Shown piece after piece: positions 1 to 7,873 of a stretch of 35,127 bases of DNA. The DNA comes from Reclinomonas americana ATCC 50394 (lineage: Eukaryota). Location of the stretch: contig PS015060.1 of NCBI GenBank assembly GCA_048213135.1, positions 1 through 35,127 on the forward strand. The letters run 5' to 3'. The position numbers and the translations under genes were made by a program. The first letter of the stretch is position 1; each line of letters starts with the position of its first letter. Below the pieces are notes generated by a model. It searched no databases and had not been told where the DNA came from. It saw nothing but the letters and a program-made list of their open reading frames with translations.

Positions 1-69
<69 letters not shown>

Positions 70-85
70 GAGGAGGAGGAGGAGG
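1..85. repeat. (AG)n followed by (GAG)n microsatellite
   Basis: Pure AG dinucleotide run then GAG triplets, directly visible. Confidence 0.95.
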
Positions 86-3000
86 TAGTGTGTCCCTCGA
101 ACCGTCGCACTTCTTCTCCATTCGCCAGTGACCACATTCGCACTGTCTTGTCCGAACCTCCACTCATTAGTTTTGACCCGACGGTGAATGTGACAGGATG
201 CAGCTCCTTGACCCTTAACCCTTAACCCGGGGGCCCCTACCCTTGACCCTTTGCTCTTGACCGTTGGCTTCCTGGGCCCTTGACCCGTAACCCGAGTGTG
301 GGGCAAAAGTTGTGTCTTGCGCAAGTCGCGAAATGTAAGTAGAGACTCCGATTTGCATGACCAACTGTCGCAGTGCATCTTCACATTACTAGATATAATG
401 TGCTGGCCATCGGGTGTCACTGCCACTGCAAGCACCCAACCTGTGCGGCCTTCCAGTCGGCGCACCTCCTCGCCACTTGCCACCGACCAGACCCGTACAG
501 TCCCGTCATAACTGCCACTCACAATGTGCTGGCCATCGGGTGTCACTGCCACTGCATTCACCTGATTCGTGTGGCCTTCCAGTCGGCGCACCTCCTCGCC
601 ACTTGCCAGCGACCACACTCGTACAGTCTTGTCTCCACTGCCACTCACAATGTGCTGACCATCGGGTGTCACTTCCACAGATTTCACCCCACTCGTACGG
701 CCTTCCAAACAGTTTACCTCTTCGCCACTTGCCAGTGACCACACCCGTACAGTCTTGTCATCACTGCCGCTCACAATGTACTGGCCATCGGGTGTTACAG
801 CCACTGTACATACCCAACCCGTGTGGCCTTCCAGTCGGCGCACCTCCTCGCCACTTGCCACCGACCACACGCGTACAGTCTTGTCCCCACTGCTACTCAC
901 AATGTGCTGGCCATCGGGTGTCACTGCCACTGCACGCACCCTTTCAGTGTGTCCTACAAACGGTCTCCTTGGCCACTTTACATCCGTCACATCGGCCCCT
1001 CTGAAATCCGCCTCCCTCGCATACGCCATGCACACATTCACCCCTCTCATATCCGCTCCCCGCCACACCGTCCTGTGCATCACCGCATCCCTCAAATCCG
1101 CACCCCTCACTCGCACACGCGACAGATCGCGCCCGCTGAACGACACTTGTGCCACACACAACACCGCCGCTGCATTCGCAGCTGCCGTCACCAATCGCTC
1201 CTCATCAATCTCGCGTGACAAGTCAATCACTTCCCACAACCTCGCTTGCAATGCAGGAGATCGTCGCACCACCTCAGCCATCTGCTCCACCAGCGATGGT
1301 CGATCATTCAGAAGTCGCACTCCCAGCACATGCTGCTGCACATCTCGCACCGTCAATCTCTTCTCCTCATCCCACGACTCCCAAGCAAACACATGGCGTG
1401 CCACACAGTGCTCCAGCAACGACAGATGCACAAATCCCCACTGCATCGTCCCATACCGTCGCACAATCGGACAGCACACTCGCACGTGCTGATTCTTGCT
1501 GCCGAGGAACTTGTCAAATGGTCCCTCTTCCACTCGACGCAAGGCGGAAGGCGCACCACCAAAGTCCTCATCCTCCTCTCCACCATCACCTGACCGGCTC
1601 TCCGTCACAGACACACGCACCACATTCCTCTCATGCATCAAGCGTGCCAGGCCCTCACTGAACGCGAGACACGTCATCTCACTGGGCACATGCTCCGCAC
1701 CAAGACGTGTCTGCCTCTCCTGTTCCCTCTCAATCCACTGTCGAATGAATTGGTCAAACACATCACACCGAGTCGGTCGCTGCACACCACTCGCCACCAA
1801 CTGCGGCAACACACGAGCCACCACTGCCAGCAGGAATGGATTCGACACCAGTGCATCCAGTCCATGCACACTATTCAGTGCACGAATGTACTCCTCGGCT
1901 GTCGACCGTCGCACTTCACCGTCATGATCACCACCATCACCCACCAACACCAGTCGCTCAAAGTACTCCTCAATCTGCTCCTTGTTGAACGGCACAATGT
2001 GCCGCTCCATCAGCTGTTGCATGCACAACTGTCCTCGTGCATCCACCGGCGCAAAGTACCGACGATATTGCGTCACTCCGCCCAGTGCCGTCAGTGCGTA
2101 ATCCCCTCGACAGGTGATAATCACCTTCGCATCACGACACACATCCAGTTGATTCTTGACAAACAGATTCACACCACGATACAACTCATCATACCCATCA
2201 AGCAACAACAGCAGTGGTTCCTCCTTCAATCGTCGCACATCCGACTCACTGGATCCCAACTCGGGCGACAGTCGTTCCAATGCCTCCTCCAACAGTCGCT
2301 CATCGGCATTTCGCAGAGCACCAAGAGGAACACGCACAGGCACTCGTCTGCTCTCTCTCGTCTGCCACTGTCGCCACGCTCGCTCAGCCAGCACGGACAT
2401 GGTGGTGGTCTTGCCAGCTCCGCTGTTGCCAAAGAGCACCAGAACACGCTGCGTGGTGTTGGCGTCGGTGAGGAAGGCATCCACTTCTGTCAACAGGTCC
2501 GTCATCTTGTCACGCGACGAGACGTCACGATCACGCGAGCACAGCAGCGGCACATACATCTGCATGTCCTTGCGCACACTTTCGCCGTGCTGGTAGAACG
2601 AGAGCTCACGCACAGCTAGTCGATGCAGTCGCTCCTCAAATGTGCTGATCATGTGCTGGACGTGTCGTGCCTCATGGATACGAGCAGTGAATCGAGCTCG
2701 CTCATCGGCCGTCAAGTGCAATCGGAAGATGATGGCGAGGAAGGCCCCACCGTCACCGAGATACTGCTGCACAGTGGCATCCGTCAGCACGAGGTCCTTG
2801 TGCGCCAACGCCTTTCTCACATCATTCAGCTCGTCCACCGCCTTGCGCTCATCAGCACCGTGAATCAACAGCAGCTTGCGACCGTCATCTTCAACAAAGC
2901 CACCATACAGCATGATGGAAGTAAGTGCCGTCGTGTCGAAACCGTCACACGGAGGGTCGGACGACGGGTCGGCGTCGAAGGCAGCACGCCAGGCCAACAC

Positions 3001-3787
3001 CACCGGCTGCTTCTCCTCGAACAACTTGACTCGAGAGGGGTGGAGTGGAGCATGTCGCTCACGCCATGCCTTCACAGCCGCCATATCCATGCCGGCAGGC
3101 GTGAAAATCGGCACCCACGCCCGCACATTAAAGTCGGGGTGGTCGCGACTGAACTGCGCCAGTGCGCATTGACAGCGCTGACGCACGGCCTCCTCCACCA
3201 CCTCAAAGGCCATGTTGATGCGGTTGAAGTTGATCATGCTGCGCGTGCACACAACCACAATCAGTACAGACTCGCACCGAGAGAAGAACAAGAAGGGAGA
3301 GAAGGCTGTTCATGGCAAGCGAAACAAACCGAGTCACTCGCTCCGAGTTGCTGTGCGAGGACACAAGAGTGAGATGCATGTTTTGCACAGAGAGATGATT
3401 CACAAGCATCCAGCACACACCTTGCATCCGCACTCCCACTCCCTCCACTCGACTGCGGCGCCACGCCAAGTGTCAGACGGACAACAAGGTGCGTGGATGA
3501 GTTGATGCCGAGTCCACGCAGTGGTGCCGTACTCATGAGCTCCAAGTCATACGGTACCGGCTTCTCCACCCCCACAATCTCCATCTGCCCATCTCCACTC
3601 TTCTCACGCAGCAAGCGTGTGGCCTCGCGCAGCAAGTCCGCGAGAGTGGACATGGCCGACATGCCCTCCACCACCACCGACAGCGATGAATCATGCGCCG
3701 CACTCACGTGCACAGAGAACTGTGCACAAACAAGGCCAGTGAGCGCAGGGAGGAGGGAAAAGAGAACAAACAAACACACACCGACAT
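86..3787 (-). CDS. NLR/STAND protein: ubiquitin-like, HEPN-like, NACHT, pentapeptide repeat, WD40 repeats (3' end incomplete or disrupted)
   Basis: Manual minus-strand translation. Predicted ATG at 3787, intron 3781-3720, Ubl-like exon 3719-3421 (FSVHV..LSVVV..STLADLL..PLRGLGINSSTHLVVRL), possible micro-exon near 3350-3328, then a stop-free exon from 3238. Motifs: NFNRI 3231-3217, FDTTAL 2940-2923, RKALAH 2817-2800, Walker A GNSGAGKT 2430-2407, Walker B LLLLLDGYDEL 2214-2182, KVIITCR 2127-2107, NPFLL 1842-1828, winged-helix FVHLSLLEH ~1434-1408, AAANA then pentapeptides (GRDLS/GADLR/GADMR/EADFR/GADVT) ~1140-975, WD40 repeats ~957-394, and a further WD fragment ~200-86 in another frame. The + strand frame-1 ORFs in the track are its antisense shadow. 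Confidence 0.9.
206..293. repeat. Degenerate telomere-like heptamer array (TTAACCC/TTGACCC; TTAAGGG-type on the minus strand)
   Basis: ccttgaccc-ttaaccc-ttaaccc...taccc-ttgaccc-tttgctc-ttgaccg...ttgaccc-gtaaccc, with 7-nt periodicity. Confidence 0.6.
394..957 (-). repeat. 126-nt coding tandem repeat (~4.5 copies of a 42-aa WD40 unit)
   Basis: Unit GH(T)xxVxAVAVTPDGQHIVSGSxDKTVRVWS(V/L)ASGEEVRRLE recurs at 126-nt spacing with high DNA identity. Confidence 0.95.
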
Positions 3788-4076
3788 TGTGTGCGTGTGT
3801 TCTTTGTTGTCAGTCACGTTTCACACAAATTCCTGTCAATGAAGTTGTCAGAGATGGTGGGTTTCTTTACTTCTCCNNNNNNNNNNNNNNNNNNNNNNNN
3901 NNNNNNNNNNNNNNNNNNNNNNNNNNNNNNNNNNNNNNNNNNNNNNNNNNNNNNNNNNNNNNNNNNNNNNNNNNNNNNNNNNNNNNNNNNNNNNNNNNNN
4001 NNNNNNNNNNNNNNNNNNNNNNNNNNNNNNNNNNNNNNNNNNNNNTCTCTCTCTCCCTCTCCTCTCCCTCCCTCAC

Positions 4077-6713
4077 ATGGACTCCGCACGCCCGCTCACC
4101 ACGCTCAACCAATACGCCGGCCACACACACCCTCCATCTCCATCCGCACCCTCTCCGTCTCCCCACCCACCTCCCCTTCCTCCTCCTCCTCATCCCCACA
4201 TCGCCAACTCGTCGCCACTGGTTGCGCCAATGGCGACATTCGCCTCTTCGACGCCCACCAATGCACACTACTGCTCCACACAACTCCCTTCGCCACAGTC
4301 TGCATCACACGCCTGAATTTCTCCCCCACCGATCCTTCCATGCTCTTTGCGGGCACGGAGGCAGGCTGCCTGGTCGCGCGTCTCCTTGTCAGCTGCAGCA
4401 GCTCGCCACCGTGCTGTGACGTGGTATGGTCGTCGAGTCAGCAGCACACAGGCGGAGTGCGTGCGTTGCAGGCGTCGCGTGACAATCGCCTGCTGCTCTC
4501 CGGCTCCAGCGATCACACGGTGCGCGTGTGGAACGTGGAGAGTGGCGATTGTGTGGCCACGTGGCTCGGGCACGAGGATTGGGTGTATGGAGTGGCGCTG
4601 TCGTTGGATGCGCAATGGGGGTTGAGTGTGTCGGATGATCGTACGGTGCGCGTGTGGAGTGTGGAGACGAGCGCGGAGATTGCGGTGCATAGGTGTGAGA
4701 AGGCGGAGAGGGCGTGCTCGTTGGCGTTGTCGCCGAATGGAGATGATGTGGCGGTGGGTGGCGGGAGTGGGACGGTGGAGGTGGTGTCGTTGAGGGCGCT
4801 CGTGGCTGGTGGTGGTGGGGAGGTTGAGGTGCGGTCGTTCTTTTCGGGAACGCGAGGGCATGTGGTGGCGCTGTCGTTTAATGCCAGTGGCTCGCATTTG
4901 TTGGTGTCGTGCAAGTGTTGCGTGGGGGGAAAGGGGAAGGGGGAAGGGGGGAGAGAGGGAGGGGTGGGGAGGAGAGGAAGGCAGGGAGGAAGGGGGGAAG
5001 GACAAGAGAGAGAGAGAGAGAGAGAGAAAGAGCTGCGACTATGAATGGCGATGCAGACGCAGTGGATGAGAATGGTTGGAGAGAGACTGAGCAAAGAAGA
5101 AGTGCGATGAGAGAGTGGATACAAGTGAGAAGGCGGAGAGGCAAGAGCTTCAACTCTGAATGGCTGTAGACAAAAGTGGATGAGAATGGTTGGAGAGAGA
5201 CTGAGCAAAGAAGAAGTGTGATGAGAGACAGAGAGAGAGAGACAGAGAGAGACAGAGACAGAGAGAGACAGAGAGAGACAGAGAGAGACAGAGACAGAGA
5301 GAGAGAGAGAGACAGACAGACAGAGAGAGNNNNNNNNNNNNNNNNNNNNNNNNNNNNNNNNNNNNNNNNNNNNNNNNNNNNNNNNNNNNNNNNNNNNNNN
5401 NNNNNNNNNNNNNNNNNNNNNNNNNNNNNNNNNNNNNNNNNNNNNNNNNNNNNNNNNNNNNNNNNNNNNNNNNNNNNNNNNNNNNNNNNNNNNNNNNNNN
5501 NNNNNNNNNNNNNNNNNNNNNNNNNNNNNNNNNNNNNNNNNNNNNNNNNNNNNNNNNNNNNNNNNNNNNNNNNNNNNNNNNNNNNNNNNNNNNNNNNNNN
5601 NNNNNNNNNNNNNNNNNNNNNNNNNNNNNNNNNNNNNNNNNNNNNNNNNNNNNNNNNNNNNNNNNNNNNNNNNNNNNNNNNNNNNNNNNNNNNNNNNNNN
5701 NNNNNNNNNNNNNNNNNNNNNNNNNNNNNNNNNNNNNNNNNNNNNNNNNNNNNNNNNNNNNNNNNNNNNNNNNNNNNNNNNNNNNNNNNNNNNNNNNNNN
5801 NNNNNNNNNNNNNNNNNNNNNNNNNNNNNNNNNNNNNNNNNNNNNNNNNNNNNNNNNNNNNNNNNNNNNNNNNNNNNNNNNNNNNNNNNNNNNNNNNNNN
5901 NNNNNNNNNNNNNNNNNNNNNNNNNNNNNNNNNNNNNNNNNNNNNNNNNNNNNNNNNNNNNNNNNNNNNNNNNNNNNNNNNNNNNNNNNNNNNNNNNNNN
6001 NNNNNNNNNNNNNNNNNNNNNNNNNNNNNNNNNNNNNNNNNNNNNNNNNNNNNNNNNNNNNNNNNNNNNNNNNNNNNNNNNNNNNNNNNNNNNNNNNNNN
6101 NNNNNNNNNNNNNNNNNNNNNNNNNNNNNNNNNNNNNNNNNNNNNNNNNNNNNNNNNNNNNNNNNNNNNNNNNNNNNNNNNNNNNNNNNNNNNNGAGAGA
6201 GAGAGAGAGAGAGAGCGCGGCGACAACGAATGGCGATAGACATAGTGGATGGAAAAGAACTGAGCAAAAAGAAGTGCGATGAGAGAGAGAGAGAGAGAGT
6301 GAGGGAGAGAGAGGAGGGGGAGAGTGGATACAGGTGGAGAAGGAGTGAGGCAAGAGCTGCGACTGTGATGACGATGCAGACAAAGTGGATGAAAGGCTGG
6401 AGAGAGACTGAGCAAAGAAGAAGTGCGATGAGAGAGTGAGGGAGAGAGAGGAAGAGAGGGAGAGAGAGGATGCAAGTGGGGAGGTGGAGAGGAAAGAGCT
6501 GCGACTGTGAATGGCGATGCAGACAAAAGTGACTATATCTCGCTCTCAACTCTCACAATTCACGCGTGTCTCTGCGCCCATTTTCTGTCGTGCTCCTTCA
6601 GCCATCTCCACTGTAGTTTCTCTCTCCGGAAAAGATGCAGCCACTTCCGTACAGTCTTCTGCCGTCTCCTCTCGCTCAGCTTCCACTCTGCTCTCTCACA
6701 TCATTCTCTCTTC

Positions 6714-6745
<32 letters not shown>

Positions 6746-7543
6746 GCGTCTCTCTCTCCCTCCCTTCTCTCCCTTGCTCTTCCCGGCCAGCTTTTCTCTT
6801 CTGCCCACTCGTTCACTTGCTCACTTCCATGGCTCTCTCTCTCTCTCTCTCGCTCTTTCTCTCTTCCTCTCTCTCTCTCATCGCACGTCCCTTTGCTCAG
6901 TCTCTCTCCAGCCTTTCCATCCACTTTTGTCTGCATCGCCATTCACAGTCGCAGGCCTTGCCTCACTCCCTCTCCACTTGCTCCCTCACTCTCTCTCATC
7001 GCACGTCCCTTTGCTCAGTTCTTCACTCCAGCCTTTCCCGTAATCTTGAAGAATGAGTCCGACACCTGATAATGTCTCTTTCTCCCTTTCCCTTGAGCAG
7101 TCGACGTGTCCGTCTGGCACGTGGCTACGCTGACGTGCGTGGCGGTGCTTCGAGGCCACACCAATTTCGTGTACGGCTCACGGTTTTTGTACGACGGGCA
7201 CATTGCCACGGCGGCGTGGGATTCGACGGCGTTTCTGTGGTCTTCGGGTGAGGAGGCGTCAACAATTGCGTTTCGTGCCGCTCTCTTTTTCTCTCATCTT
7301 GTGCCACCGACAGGACCGTGGGGTCATCTGCAAATGATGGAGGAGGAGCTGTTGAGCACGAGGCGCGCCATGGGTGCGCTGCACGAGATCGCTGAGGGTG
7401 GGATTAGGGCAGAGGAGGAACAAGGGCGAGTTGATGCGCCGGTGTGGTATCCGGAGGGGGAACCGTTGCCGCTGTTGGTGTTGAGGTGTTTTATTGCGGA
7501 GGAGGCGAGCATGTGGTGCTTTAGGTTGAGTTTTGGGGAGTGA
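4077..7543 (+). CDS. WD40-repeat protein with a C-terminal helical extension
   Basis: Exon ~4077-4913 has WD motifs (LVATGCANGDIRLFD, HTGGVRAL..LLLSGSSDHTVRVWN, GHEDWVYGV..SVSDDRTVRVWS). A long intron spans a gap. The exon from ~7101 gives VSVWHV..LRGHTNFVYG..ATAAWDSTAFLW through to TGA at 7543. ATG 4077 joins the main frame only through a 2-nt shift in a (CA)n run at 4122-4130. Confidence 0.8.
5029..7038. repeat. Intronic ~90-100 bp repeat in direct and inverted copies
   Basis: Unit agagctgcgactgtgaatggcgatgcagacaaaagtggatga..ggagagagactgagcaaagaagaagtgcgatgagag at ~5029, ~5170, ~6215, ~6350 and ~6495 (partial); reverse-complement copies at ~6873-6968 and ~6991-7038. Confidence 0.85.
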
Positions 7544-7873
7544 ACGATCGAGAAGGAAGAGAAGTGGAGAAAGCAATACTCCATAGCAATCCTCACTTGT
7601 GCTCTGGTGCGGGGCGCGCTGGGGGTGGCACGAGACGGTCCTCGTCGGGTGCAACCGACACGACAAGTTTTCACACGCCAGACACATCGCGCCACAGTGG
7701 CTTGATGGTGCATAAGCTGTCACACGCCGGGTTTGGAATCCGGCTTGCCGGGTTTGAAATCAAGGATATCGAACCCTTTCTATGCTGTCAGAACGCGAAA
7801 ACGACTGGGTGCGCACTCGTAACACGCCTCGAAACATTCATGTCCTTGCTCACTGTTAATTAACCACACAGGA

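Noticed and set aside
394-957. CRISPR-like array
   Set aside because: The period is 126 nt, the whole unit is conserved and in frame, there are no unique spacers or cas genes, and the context is eukaryotic.
394-3238. Alternative genetic code as the reason no long minus-strand ORF is listed here
   Set aside because: Manual translation shows no in-frame stops; the frame simply runs off the window start. Other genes end normally in TAA, TAG and TGA.
373-3372. His/Cys-rich + strand ORFs (373-738, 823-1218, 1246-1593, 1633-2619, 2623-3372)
   Set aside because: All are the in-register antisense shadow of the minus-strand NLR exon; the CHCHC repeats are reverse-read WD40 codons.
3854-3876. ATG at 3854 followed by a GT donor-like site as the WD40 gene start
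   Set aside because: It cannot be evaluated because of the adjacent gap, and ATG 4077 gives a more WD40-like N-terminus. Not fully excluded.
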